Assembly (NCBI RefSeq): GCF_009914755.1
Contig: NC_060940.1
From: the human T2T-CHM13v2.0 reference genome, Homo sapiens
Reading direction: 5' to 3' (one strand)
DNA: 64,000 bases
The position numbers and the translations under genes were made by a program. Shown here one piece after another: positions 1 through 13,155 of the stretch. Every line of letters starts with the position of its first letter. Positions within the stretch are counted from its first letter, which is position 1. The notes under the pieces were generated by a model. That model ran no database searches. It was not told the origin of the DNA and worked only from the letters and a program-made list of their open reading frames with translations.

Positions 1-109
1 GTGCTGAACTGTGGAACAAACAGTAGCTGTGGATTTGTATGAACCTCTTGTTTCCTCATTCAGCTTATAAACTCTTGATGGGAAAAGACTGTGCTTCCTA
101 CTTATCCTC

Positions 110-238
110 ACCCCACCCCTTTCTCTCCCTCTCTCCCTGTCTCTTCCCTCCCTCCCTCCCTCCCTTCCTCTATCCCTCTCTTCTCTTCTTCTTGCCCTTT
201 TCCCTGCCTCCGTCCCTCCCTTCCTTCCTTCCCATTTT
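110..238. repeat. CT-rich low-complexity / (CCCT)n-(CCTT)n tract
   Basis: Nearly pure pyrimidine run. Confidence 0.85.
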
Positions 239-654
239 TATCTAGTGCTTATTTACTTCACTGTGCTGCCCTTCCCTTATTTGTAAAATCACAATAATAA
301 CAGTGTTTCCTAAACAGCTGCCATGTAAATCAGCTTACTGAGAATATGAAGTGAAGCCATCTTTGGAAATGTCTGGCACACAGTCACTGCTTATCCACCC
401 ACCTTGTGCCCCATGAACGGTTTCCATGTTTGTCTTTGGGGGCTCATCAATTCCATGCACAGCAGTAAGTCTTATTTATCTTTGTAGTCCCCATCACACA
501 TAGCACAATATTCAGGTAGAGTGTTCAGAGAAGGTTCGTTTAAATATAAAATAGATATATAGTAATAAGATATACAGAAAAATTGGGCTTTGATATGTCA
601 GTAGAAGACAGTGGTTAAAACAGGGGCTTTGCAGTCAGTGCAGAAATGGGGTCT

Positions 655-1458
655 TGGACTTCTCAAAAGAAGATATAGCAGTGACCAAGAAATATGAAAA
701 AACGTTCATTGTCACTAATAATCAGAGAAATGCAAATCAAAACCACAATGAGATAATGTCTCATACCAGTCAGAATGGCGATTATTGAAAAAATAACACG
801 CTGGTGAGGCAGAGGAAAAAAGGGAATGCTTATACATTGTTGGTGGGAATATAAATTACTTCAGCCATTGTGAAAGCAGTTTGGAGACTTCCCAAATAAC
901 TTAAAACAGGGCTACCATTTGACCCAGCAATTCCATTACTAGGTACAAACCCAAAGGAATATAAATTATTCTACCAAAAAGACACATGCACACATGCACT
1001 TATATGTTCATTGCAGTGCTAGTCACAATAGCAAAGACATGGAATCAATCCAGGTGCCCATCAACAAAGGATTGGATAAAGAAAATGTGGTACATAAACA
1101 CCATGAGTACTATGCAGCCATAAATCATACAGCAACATGGATGCAGCTGGAAGCCATAATCCTACATGAATTAATGCAGGAACAGAAAACCGAATACTAC
1201 ATGTTCTCACTTATAAGTGGGAGCTAAACACTGAGCACACATGGACATGAACAGGGGAACAACAGACACTATGAACTACTAGAGGGGGTAATAAGGGAGT
1301 GAGGCATGGGTTGAAAAACTACCTGTTGAGTAGTATGCTCAGTACCTGGGTGACGGGATCCATACCCCAAACTTTAGCCTCATGCAATATTGCCATGTAA
1401 CAAATCTGCACATGTATCCCCTGAATTTAAAATCAAAGTTGAAATGATTAACAAAAAC
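655..1458 (+). mobile_element. 5'-truncated L1 3' end (L1PB/L1MA-like) inserted into a MIR
   Basis: ORF2 C-terminal and 3'UTR consensus; TSD aaatggggtct at 644-654 and 1459-1469; MIR-like sequence on both sides (~600-643, ~1470-1610). Confidence 0.85.
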
Positions 1459-2094
1459 AAATGGGGTCTGGGATCTGCTGTGTGGGCTCAGGTGCCTGGA
1501 CCCCTAAAAGCGGGTATTCATCCTCACTCTCTGGGGTTGCTGTATGACATGTAATGAGTTAGAATGATGCCTGGCACATGGTGGGTACTCAATCATAGTT
1601 ACTGCTATTGGTCAAGATTACGGCAGCTTCCTTTCATTGCTCCCAATAGCTCCATGTTGAAGATTTGGCCATATACATCTGTCTACAGGAAATATTTCCT
1701 ACTTGGACATATTCTTTGTGGTCTGGAAAGCTGTTAAAAGAGATTTTCCCAATGTAAAGATGTGAACTGTTCACACTGTACCGATGGTCTTACTCTAAGG
1801 CTTCAAAAATAGGCAGGTTGCCTTTCATACAGAAAACGGGAAGGTGCCTGCACAGCTGGTGCTTAGGGCTGCATGGTGACGGGGCTATTCTGGGAATGAA
1901 GTCTGGTTGTGAGTTGCTTTTCCACAGTGCCTGAGGAGTAAACCAGCTTATCAGGTCTCAGGGCATTGGTAAGGTGGTCTTGTTCCTCAAATACCCTTCC
2001 ATGCAGGTGGTACCTAATTTCACAATTAGATGTCCATCTCTTTGGCTTAGGACTAGCAAGAGAAATGCAATGAGCCTGATCAGTCATGAAGGTG

Positions 2095-2590
2095 GAATCT
2101 TTGTTCTTTGCTGCCCAGCATCCATTCTCCCTTTCTTTGGTCAGGTACCTTCCATTTCCCTCTGGGAACTAGCCTATCTCTGACATTCAGCCTGGCTCAG
2201 GAGTAGCAGTGAGTTCCCCAGACCATAGTTGAGGGACACAGGATTCAACCAGTGCCAGTGAGTTACAGCAAAAAATTTCCTAGGACTCTACTTCCTCCCA
2301 CTAGACTTGAACCTGGCATATGAAGAGCTGGAGCTGCTGAGTCATCTTGCAACCATGTGCATATAGGACCCGACTGAGAATGGAGGTAATATGGCAGAGG
2401 GCAGAGCCGAGGGATGATGGAAGAGACACTAGGTGCAGGTGATGTTATTCAAGTCCTGGATCAAGCTGTGCCTGAAGCCTGAACCTAGACTTTCCAGATG
2501 CATGAACCAACAAATTCTGTTTTTCTTTTCTTTTTTTTTTTTGTAAGTTTGAGTCAGGATTACCGTTGCTTACAACCAAAGCTTCTAATG
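2095..2590 (+). mobile_element. MaLR LTR (old MLT1J/K-like)
   Basis: ctgcccagcatccattctccc start and ...gttgcttacaaccaaa end typical of old MLT1 LTRs. Confidence 0.6.
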
Positions 2591-2670
2591 ATATGGTCAT
2601 TAATAGAGGATCCATTTTTAAAGAGAGTAAAGGGAGCACAAGAACTCAATGCCAGTAATGTTAGAGGCTC

Positions 2671-3170
2671 TGAATAGGTTGGATAAGGGACAGCCTCAAG
2701 ATGTCCATGTTTGAATCCCTGGAACCTGTGAATGCTACCTTATATGGCAAAAGGGACTTTGCAGATGTGATTAAGTTGAGGATCTAGAGAAGGGGTGATT
2801 ATCCTGGAGTATATGAGTCAGCCCAGTGATCTAACCACAGGTGCCCTTATATGAGGGAGGCAGAGGGCCATGTTCTTCCAGAGAGGGGAGAAGGGGATGG
2901 TATGCAGTCAGCTTTGAAGGTGGTGGAAGGGCCAGAGACTAGGAATGCAAACAGTGAAAGGAACAAAGCTCTGGAATTCAGCAAAGGCAGGGGATTTTCC
3001 CTGCAGCTTCCGGAGGGAGCAGAGGGAGAGTGGCCCTGTCCATACCTTGGTTCTGGCCCAGTGAAACTGATTTCAGACTTCCGGCCTCCAGAATGGGAAG
3101 AGAAGAGATCTGTGTTGTTCCAATACCCCCAGCTTGTGGTGACCTGTTACAGCAGCCACAGGAAGTTGCT
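2671..3170 (+). mobile_element. MaLR LTR (MLT1C/D-like)
   Basis: atccctggaacctgtgaatgctaccttatatggcaaaagggactttgcagatgtgattaag ... ttgtggtgacctgttacagcagccacagga. Confidence 0.8.
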
Positions 3171-3719
3171 AGGGGGAGGGACCCATTCCCACTGGGTTCA
3201 CTCTTGGGGCTGTAAGTCTGTCATCCTAGCTCAGACACAGTAGGGAGAGAGTCGGGGAAGAAAGGGGGCTGAGGGGGCAGAAAATAGGCTGTGGCCCCTG
3301 ATTCTGTTTCCCCTTCATGACCTTTTTGCCCCCTCCTCAGGCCTGTCTTCCCTCTGGCCCCAGGGCTAAATGCTTACTTTTGGCTCCAATCCAAACTTTT
3401 CCCTGGGAAGTGAAAAAGAAAAACGCAAATACTTGAGCTCACAGCGTTCTGAGAGGTACAAAGCTGGTGAGGAAGACAGGATGTTTATGGAAGGGACAAA
3501 AGCTTAGATCAGTGAGAGGTACCTGCGGCCCTTGGACCCTGTGAGACCTCCCCACCTCCTGAAATGGCCTCAGACTGATTGTGGGAGAAAATATCTCAAA
3601 GCTGCCTCTGGAGTGCTCAAATATGGCCTGGTATCAACATCAGAGAGGCACCCATCTCCTCAATTTCTTCAATAACAAAGCGGCCTTAGCATCCTCACCA
3701 CATTCCTCTGTGGAAGGCA

Positions 3720-3835
3720 CCATTATTAACCTCCTTCATTTCACACAAGAGCCGAGGCTCAGGGAGGCTCAGCCACCCAGCAGGGTCACATGGGGCAGGT
3801 GGCTGAGCCAAAGTCTGACTCGGACACCAGCACCC
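3720..3835 (-). mobile_element. MIR fragment
   Basis: catttcaca...gaggctcagggagg...agggtcaca core. Confidence 0.55.
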
Positions 3836-4220
3836 TGAGCTACCCAGGGACAGCTGTGGTTTAAGGGTACTTAGTGCCTGCCCTTGTGGGATTCAATAAA
3901 GTAATGCTTATTCTGAAAGAAAAAATAATCACATTTCCCCTAAACATTTTTATTTTCTTATTGGGCCCTTGGGCAGAACAAGGAACTGCCTCTAAGCCAA
4001 GGTCTGGGCTTATCTGGCTGCAGGGAGGAGTGACAGGTAGGGAGGGGAGGCCTGCCTGGCCCTGGCCCCCTTAAGCCACACACAGGCCACAGCAAAGCTT
4101 GGCTAAAGCCTGGCTTTGGCCTTGATGAATGCAGCCTGGTATAAGAAAAGGATTTTCTATCATTTGTTGGAAGTAAAAGGAATCTGGGTCCATCTGTGGT
4201 TGTCTAAGGACCCTAGAGCT

Positions 4221-4268
4221 CCTGTAGGAGGACCCGTAGGAGGACCCGTAGGAGCCCTTATAGGATTC
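4221..4268. repeat. 12-bp minisatellite (gtaggaggaccc) x ~3.5
   Basis: Exact units at 4224-4235 and 4236-4247, degenerate units after. Confidence 0.85.
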
Positions 4269-4384
4269 CGGGGCTGCTTCACTTAGCAGCATTTGGTACA
4301 AAGGAAGAGACCCTTAGAGAACCTAAAAACAGCCACCAATTTGGGAGTGCTTGGCATGTCTCAGGGACATATGCATGTTAAGAT

Positions 4385-4545
4385 ACACTTCATTTAATCC
4401 TCACAGCAACTCTTTTAGACTACCATTTTACAGGTAAGTCAACTGCAGCACAAGGTCACATGGCTAGGAGGAGCACAGCGCTTGGATTCTAACCAGCCAC
4501 ATCTGATTCGGCAGCCCAGGACTCCAACTACCACTAACACACCAC
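4385..4545 (-). mobile_element. MIR fragment
   Basis: catttaatcctcacagcaac...ccattttacag...caaggtcacatggctag. Confidence 0.65.
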
Positions 4546-4568
4546 ATCTTAGAAAAGTTCCACTTTTG

Positions 4569-4878
4569 GTCCAGGAACAGTGGCTCACACTTGTAATCCT
4601 AGCACTTCGGGAGACTGAGGTAGGAGGATCACTTGAGCCTAGGAGATTGAGACTAGCCTGGGAAACATAGAAAGACCCTGTCTCTACAAAACAAACAAAC
4701 AAACAAACAAAAAACAACAAAAAAACCAGAAATTAGCCAGGTATAATGGTGCACGCCTGTAGTCCCAGCTACAGTAGTCCTTGGCTTGTGCCCAGGAGTT
4801 TAAGGGTGTGGTGAACTAAGATTGTGCCACTGCACTCCAGCCTGGGTGACAGAGCGAGACTTTGTTTAAAAAAAAAAA
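4569..4878 (+). mobile_element. AluJ with (CAAA)n middle linker
   Basis: Dimeric Alu, J-type ggatcacttgagcc; degenerate TSD ccacttttg / ctacttttg. Confidence 0.9.
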
Positions 4879-6134
4879 TCTACTTTTGAAGCAACAGAAA
4901 TTGAGGAATGATGAAGACATAGATGGAAGCATCCAGAAAATGAGGCTCCTTCTTCAGCCTCCTTCCAGGCCTTCCACCCTCCTCTTCCAATCTCCATATT
5001 GGCTGGCTGGCGCTCATCATAGAAAAATCAGTGTGAGAATAACATGTTCCTTTGCTGCAGGACTTGGCTCCCTTTAGGCCCTTGTATTCGATTTATTTAT
5101 AATCTGATTCACAAACGAAGAGCCAAAGCTGTCCGTGGAGACCACTTGGCCCACATGCTCTAAGTTCTAGTGCGGCCTCAGCTTCCCCGCTCTGAGACTG
5201 GGCAGAGATGCCAGCCAAGCCAGAGGCTGCTCGGCTCCCTGACGGTTGGCTCTCTAGTCTGGCCTCTTAAAGGTAAAAGCTGGTTCAAGTGCACCGTTTC
5301 CTTGTGCTTCTCTTTCACACAGGTGCCATGAAGCATTGTGTTGTTATCAAGCTGATCAGTTAGACTGAAGAGATGGACCTAATAAAAGGGTGGCTCCTGC
5401 AGCGACAGCTGTGTGGTCATGAATGGCCAGCCCCGGCACTTCCTGCCAGCTTTCTCATTACATGCAGATGTGGGAGGGGGAGAGACCACCATCCACCATG
5501 GTTGACCCAGCTTCCTGTCACGGGCACAAACTCACAGGCTTCAAAGGCAATGGCTGCCTTTTCCTCTTACCGAGGACTTATTTAGCATGCTTGTCCATTT
5601 TACTTCTTTCTTTGTTCTTAGATGTGACATGAGGGCCAACTTGGGGAAAAAAATGTGAGCTCAAACAAGAGGGATGCTTTAAATAGATGAGTGAGAATTG
5701 CCTACAAAGTCACATGCACACATGTGCATGCACACGCACCGCAGATGTACATGTGTTGTGAAGGAACATGAGAGTGTCTAGGCGACCTCAGACCTATCTA
5801 ATAAAAGAAAAAGAAAACCCTCTCTTACACTTCTGTTTCTTTTACTAACTGTAAGGCTTAGAAGAATCCTAACTGGATAAGAAAGGTTAGTGTTCGTGTA
5901 TGTCTGATAAAAGTGACCTTTAGCCACTTTTATGTGGTTTATGTTTTTCAGACGTCCTACACAGAGACAGTCTGTCTGGAAACCAGGTGGCTTTTTTTTT
6001 TTTTTTTTGTCTATTCTAGGTGACATTTATGCCTGGAACCTTTCTCTTTGGCGGGTGCCAGGAAGCTGAGAGAGAGGAATCTCAAGCCAGGTATGAAATG
6101 ATCTCCTTCTCTCTACAAATACCCAGGTGGGAGC

Positions 6135-7315
6135 AGCTGATTCACCAAGAAACACCCTTTGAGGATGTACTCTGTGCTGGGGACTGTGCTGGGCTCTGGG
6201 GCTCCAGAGGTGATAGGGCAGGTGTGCTTGCTGGCCTCACAGGGATTAAGAGATGCTGGGAAGATGGACACCAAGCCATAAGCAGAGGCGTGATGTGAAT
6301 CACCAAGGAGATGGGAGTACCAATGTCCATGACAGGGGATCTGGCCTAAGGATGGATCTTGGAGAAGGCTTCCCTGCAGAAGGATGGTGAAGCTGAAGTC
6401 TGAAGAAGGGGCAGGGACAGCTAGGTGGGGCTGGGGAGGAGCTTCCAGCAAAGAAGGGGGCAGTTGGACAGGAACAGCACTGGGCAGGACAGAGGCCGGT
6501 GTGTTGGGTAAACAGAAAGGTCAGTGCCAGAAGCACAGAGCAAATCTGGAGAGGAACGCAGGGACCAGCACATGCTGAGCCTTGCAGAATAGAGTGAGTG
6601 CTCTGTACTTTATTCCAAGAAGCACAGGTAGTTACTAAAGGCTTAACGCCAAGGCAGTGGCATGGCTACTGAGGGGAGTAGGAGCTGTGGTGCATGCGTG
6701 GAAGCAGAAAGCCCAGGTAGGGCTGTGACCACAGTAACAGGCAATGGTGGCTTGAGCCAGGGTAACAGCAGTGGAAATGGGAATGAGGTTTTCAGAAGGC
6801 AGAATAGGTAGAAGTTGGTGGTGGATTTGATAGGGTGGGTGGGGTTAGAGAGAGGAAGAAATCCTAATGCCTCCCAGGAGAGCAGTGATGTCATTTACTG
6901 GGACAGGGTGCCCTGGAGGAGAGTCTGGGGGTGAGCAGGGAGGGAACAGAGCTTATGTGGAACACGCTAGGCATAAATCACCTGGGAGGCATCCAAGGGA
7001 TGTCCAAGAGGAGACGTCAAGAAGGCAACAGACTTGGAACTCAGCAGAGGGGGCTCGGTGAAGACAGGCACTGGGAAGCCTTAGCAAAAGAAGCTGACTG
7101 GAGCTATGGGGGTGCATCAATTTCCAGGAAGAGGAGAAAGCCTAGGATGGAGCCCTCCATCCTTCTACTCCAGTGGAGTTGTTGCTGGCAGAGAACTGAG
7201 AAGTTGTTGAGGGGACAAGAGGAGAATCAGGAGAATACGGTGTTCTGCAAGGCGAGAAAGGAATGTATTTCAGGAAGGTGGGGTTGGTCGCTGTGCTGAA
7301 TGCTGCTAAGCGTTA
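6135..7315 (-). mobile_element. L2 fragment
   Basis: Reverse of L2 3' end (tactctgtgctggggactgtgctggg) followed by ~1.1 kb of purine-rich L2-like body. Confidence 0.7.
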
Positions 7316-7519
7316 CCTTTCTGCAAAAACCTTTGTCACCTTCTTGATTACAAATCCCACCACTGCCTCCAAGAAAGAGCGTTAATTCCTTCTGGAATAT
7401 CAGGTCTCTCACACACTTCTGCCAACATACCTCTCCAGACTCACCTCCCACAACTTCTCCCACCCAGTGAGGTCTGCCCACCAGCCACGCTGACATACCC
7501 TCCGCCAACATCATGGTAG

Positions 7520-8065
7520 AAGCGTGTCATTTGCTCTCCAGCATCGATTCTCCCTCTGTCAGTTTTTGTTTGGTGACCCCGTTCCCACCCCCTCCAGTCC
7601 ATCTGGTTCAGAGATCATGATCCACAGCCTTTGGTGGCGGGCATGTGACCAGGTCAACCATGATGAGTGCATCACCCTCCCCTGACAGTGACTGATGAGG
7701 AGTGGGGACAGAAATGTGACTCAGTTAGTTTGATCGGAGTGAATCTCCTGGAAGTTGTGGGAGAAAGACCTCATATTGTTTTCCAGTGGATCGGAGTGTA
7801 AAAGGACATGGCCCCAGCAGTGCTGGCAGCCACTGGGTGATTAGGAGAGAAAAGCTAATCTGGGAATGAGGTTAACACAAGAAACTGAGCAGAGCTGAGA
7901 GACAGAGAACCTGGCTCCAATGATGACATTGTATGATCCTTGCTTTAAGCCAGGCCAGAAGCCAAAGCGAATCTGGAATTTTGAGTCGTGAAAACCAATG
8001 AATTTCCTTTCCTTTAATTTTCGCTTAGGGTCAGGTTTTCAATGACTTGCCATAGAGTGAACCCA
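7520..8065 (+). mobile_element. Old MaLR LTR (MLT1K/L-like)
   Basis: ccagcatcgattctccc start, gggcatgtgacc, ctggcagccac, aaaaccaatgaatttcc...ggttttcaatgacttgc end. Confidence 0.55.
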
Positions 8066-8099
8066 TGAATTCTAACTAATAGATACATGCTATTCCTGT

Positions 8100-8378
8100 T
8101 ACTCAGAATGTCTTCCTGCCTCTCCATCTGGAATATTTAACTGTGGCTCCTCAATGTAGCCTTTTCTGACTTCTCTGGGCACAGGCCTCCCACCCACAGA
8201 GCCCAGCATGGCCACATGTCCACTTTGGTACATGTCTGCTTTCTCCACTAGCCTGAGGACAAGGGTCACGTCTTGTTCACTTTTATAGTGCTGATTCCTC
8301 AATATGTGGCTCACAATAATCACTTATCAAATGTTTTCTGACTGACTCTCTGATTGAGTAAATGAATCAACAAACAAG
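8100..8378 (+). mobile_element. L2 3' end
   Basis: gaggacaagggtcacgtcttgttcac ... aaatgtttt...gagtaaatgaat. Confidence 0.6.
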
Positions 8379-8836
8379 TTATAAGCAGAGGCTCAATATT
8401 AAGAGATAGGAAGATGCCGAAGAAAGAGAAAAACGGTTAAATAAATGCTTAAACCAATGAAAAATTAAGTGTATCATCTTCAGTAGTGGCCAAGTACATT
8501 TTCAAAAGTTCATCCCTTTAATTATGAAAGTAGCCTCTCAAAAATAAAAAAATAAATGAAGCATGTCCTTGCTCCCAGATGGAATAAACTCATTTAGCTA
8601 TGTTACATCAGAATCACTTCACAAAATCTGGCATTTGAAGTGCATTAGGTCGGGTTGGCTGATTTTTCCATAATTATATTAAATGTTCACCATCTACAGA
8701 ATTTCATTCCAAACCCAAACAGTCCCTGGCACTTAATGAGCAGACTCCAATGCTCAGGCCCAGGACCGGCTGCCGGCTTCAGTGCTTCGCTAGGTCATCG
8801 TTAGATGTCTACGGAAAACATTCAGAGCGAGCCATC

Positions 8837-8850
8837 GTTACCGTGGTAAC
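8837..8850. promoter_or_regulatory. RFX X-box motif (GTTACCGTGGTAAC)
   Basis: Matches GTNRCC-N2-RGYAAC with perfectly inverted 6-bp half-sites; embedded in non-repeat, CpG-enriched sequence. Confidence 0.65.
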
Positions 8851-10026
8851 AAGTGCAGGAGAGAAGAGGGTGACTGTCATACATAAGATGAGGATTATGG
8901 ACAGGAAGCACTGACAAGCCCCTAAGGAAACAACATGAGGTTTCCTCAGTTAAGAATGGCCGTCCAATATTCACATGCCAACAACTGAGTGTCACAACAT
9001 CCAATAAGGAAATATACAAAGCCCATTAGTTCTGGTTGCCAACTAAGAAGAAAATGCAGCAATCGCTGCCTCCCACTATTTTATAATTATGTGTATGTCT
9101 ATACATATACATAAATGAACCAGAACAGAAACCCATTGAAATATGTAAAACAGGCAACATGGAGCTCAGTGCTACACATACTCAATGTAGGGTCCTACTC
9201 AGTCTGTGCTTTGAGTTTGAAATGTTTTTCAAGAAAATTCTGCAGCAACAAAACCAAAAGTAAACAAGTATGACCACACCAAACTAAAAAGCTTCTGCGC
9301 AGCAAAGGAAAGAATAGAGTGAAAATTCAACCTATGGAAAGGGAGAAAATATTTGCAAACCATATATCTGATAAGGGGTTAATCTCCAAAATACATAAGA
9401 ACTCCAACTCAATAGCAAAAAACCACTAATACCTAATTTAAAAATGGGCTAAGGACTTAAATAGACATTTCTCCAGAGAAGATCTACAAATGACAACAGG
9501 TATAGAAAAGATGCTCAACGTCATTAAATATCAGGGAAATTCAATAAAAACCCCAATGAGATATCACCTCATACCTGTTAGGACGGCTGTTACTAAAGAA
9601 ACAATAAACAAGTGTTGGTGAGGATGCGGAGAAACTGAAACCCTGGTGCACTGTTACTGGGAATGCAAAATGGTGCAGCCACTGTGAAAAACAGTATGGA
9701 AGTTCCTTAAAAAACTAAAAATAAAGCTACCATGTGATTCTGCAATCCCACTTCTGGGTATTTATCCAAGAATTGAAATCAGAATCTCAAAGTGATATTA
9801 GCACTCTCATGTTCATTGCAGCAATATTCACAATAGCCAAGATGTAGAAAAAAGCTAAATGTCCATCAACAGGTGGATGGATAAAGAAAATTTGTTATAT
9901 ACATACAAGGGGCTAGAATTTTGTTCAAACTTAAAAAAGAAGGAAATTCTGCAATATGTAATGACATGGATGAACCTTGAGGACATTATGCTCAATGAAA
10001 TAAGCCAGTCACGGGAAGATACTGCA

Positions 10027-10716
<690 letters not shown>

Positions 10717-10964
10717 CTGCATGATTCCACTTATATGAGGTAGTTAAAATAGTTAAATTAATAAAATCAAAGAGTAGAATGGTGGTTGCGGGGGCTGGGG
10801 AGAAAGGAGAATGGGCAACAGGCATAAAGTTTCAGTGCAGCAAGATAAGTTCTAGAAATCTGGTTTACTTATAGTCAATAATACTGTATTGTACACTTAA
10901 AAATTTGTTAAGTTGTATATATATTACCACAATAAAATAATAATTTAAACAATTCTACAAAGAC

Positions 10965-10970
10965 TTTATT
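10965..10970 (-). terminator. Candidate intronic poly(A) signal AATAAA in intron 23
   Basis: tttatt on + strand, followed on the minus strand by U/GU-rich sequence. Confidence 0.3.
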
Positions 10971-11272
10971 TTTTAGTGATGAATTTCTAATGGTCTTATC
11001 ACTAGACTCAAAATTAAAGTGGGCTTATGGATATTGCTTTGTTAATTCGGTGGTGATTGGGACTTTCAAAGATGTTTTATCTATGTTTCCTGTTAGGAAA
11101 TCGAGGATGGATCGTGATTTTAAGCTCCTTGTTAATTCTGTCAATAATTAGTGGTCAAAATGGAAAATATTCATGAATGGCCAGTACATGGAATACAGAA
11201 AACCCCATGAAAAGCCTGAAAGAGAAAACAAATGAAAAGCAGAGTTCTGTGAGAGTTCTGTGCTGGGGGTAC

Positions 11273-11586
11273 CTTATCTGATTTTCCTCATCATTCACCA
11301 AGAAGAACCAGCGAAACTTCACAACCAACGGACTGCAGTTGGTGATGGTAACGTAGCGAATGAGCTCAGTATCGTTCAGGATGCAGCCAAAATCCAGCTC
11401 CTTTGTCTCAAAGCTGAGGTTGGGGTAATGCACTTCTCCGCGCAGGTCCAGGCTGTCTATCTGAGGGTGTTCCACATACTTAATTGCTAGAATTTCTTCT
11501 GCCACCCAGTTGTTCAGATCGTTTCTGTAGGAAGGGTCAAACTTGATCAGCAGGTTTTTTTCTTCATCAATTTCCAGTTTAATAGG
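11273..11586 (-). CDS. HYDIN: HYDIN coding exon, ~exon 23 (314 nt)
   Basis: Acceptor atcttgtttgtag|CCT, donor AG|gtaccc; PIKLEIDEEKNLLIKFDPSYRNDLNNWVAEEILAIKYVEHPQIDSLDLRGEVHYPNLSFETKELDFGCILNDTELIRYVTITNCSPLVVKFRWFFLVNDEENQI(R). No further exon recognised between here and position 1. Confidence 0.95.
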
Positions 11587-11669
11587 CTACAAACAAGATA
11601 ATGGGGAAATTACTAACTTTTGTACTATGCATTTCCACCCTGGTACATGAAACAGGACAGCCAGGTATT

Positions 11670-11830
11670 TACACATACACATTACATGTATTTATGCACA
11701 CACAGATACACGCATATTTGTGCATACACATATAAACACACATATTAGTATGAAAAACATACACATACACATTCATATGTAAACAGCTAGTACATCTAAG
11801 TATAGACACTTATGTATATGGATACACATT
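11670..11830. repeat. (CA/TA)-rich low-complexity tract
   Basis: acacatacac / atatgta type alternating repeats. Confidence 0.7.
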
Positions 11831-13039
11831 TTATTAGTTGAAAATGAAAGCAAGGAAAATCTGGAATTATTTAAAGGAAGAGATTTTGATAAGTGTTGTG
11901 TGGGGTTATAAGAATTGAGGAGTTGTAAAGGAAAAGTCTACAATGAATAACTATTATAAAATATTCTTAACTAAAAATAAATTTCGTTGTGAAATGCCCT
12001 TAGGCAAGTGGGAAAAATTCTTTGCTTAAGAAATTTTTAAAAGGGTTTTCTAAAGCACTGGGGGGTGGGGTTGGGGGTGGGGGGCTCTGTAGAGAGTGAC
12101 CCAGAAAGGGACAGATTAGGTAATTTAATTTCTTTTCTAATGTCAGCAATCCTAACTTTTAAGCACAGTGTCATCCACTTTCTGCTGTTTTCTATTCAAC
12201 TTAAAATGACAGTCCAGAGCTGAACAGCATTTGTTCAGTACATTTTATTTGTTCTTTTCTGTCTTTGATTCCAATCCCTATGTGTTCCTTGATGCCAGTG
12301 TCTGCAGTAACACCTTCCCGTAGAAAGGCTGGCTATGAGTTGGCTTTTTTAGGCATTGCTCAATTCCCACATTTAATGGGCATGAAAGCCACCTCGTGGT
12401 TTTGCAGCAAGTGCCCTAAGGCAGTTGGGAAGAATGGACACAGGAATGAATCTGTTTTCAGTGCACCTCATCTTTCCACTGGGCTTAAACGATTCTGGTA
12501 TTTAACTGTGCATTTAATGACATGATTAGATGGTTTCGGTTGATAAAGCCACTCACCTGATTCAACAGTCAGAGAGAGAGTAATGACTCTTCAGCATTGG
12601 CCTAATCCCAGCTGAAAGCCAGGCCAGCCACTGGGCCTTTAATCTTACCACTGGCACAAGGGGCTGGGCATAAGTTAGGACCCACCCTTGTAGATCATGG
12701 CATCTGTAGCACTCGGTATCGCCATGCTTGGTGATTAAATGTTTTGAAGATTGACTTAACTTTTTTTTTTTTCCAGGAAAATGACATTATTGTTTTGTAG
12801 AAATGATACAAAAATTTACATTATATATAAAAGCACAAAGAAGAAACGAGAAATTTATCCCAAATTTCACAATACATTATTTCTCAGAGTTATCATTTGG
12901 TAGATGTTAGTCCAGACGTGAGAGAGGAATAATAGGATTTTACAAAAATGGAATTAGACTACATTATTTTCTAAAAAACACCATATTTGAATTTTTTCTC
13001 AAAAAAGACTTGAAGAAATGTTTCGTATACAAGGGATAT

Positions 13040-13155
13040 TAATTCCTAAGATTAAAGGCTCTGGAGCCAGAGTAGTTAGGTCCAAATCCTGGTTCTGCCA
13101 CTTACTAGCTGTGAGACCTTGGGCAAAATACTGGGCCTCAGTTTCTCCATCTGAT
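13040..13155 (+). mobile_element. MIR fragment
   Basis: ggctctggagccaga...aatcctggttctgccacttactagctgtgagaccttgggcaa...cctcagtttctccatctg. Confidence 0.8.

Noticed and set aside
2851-3243. 130-aa ORF
   Set aside because: Mostly inside an MLT1 LTR.
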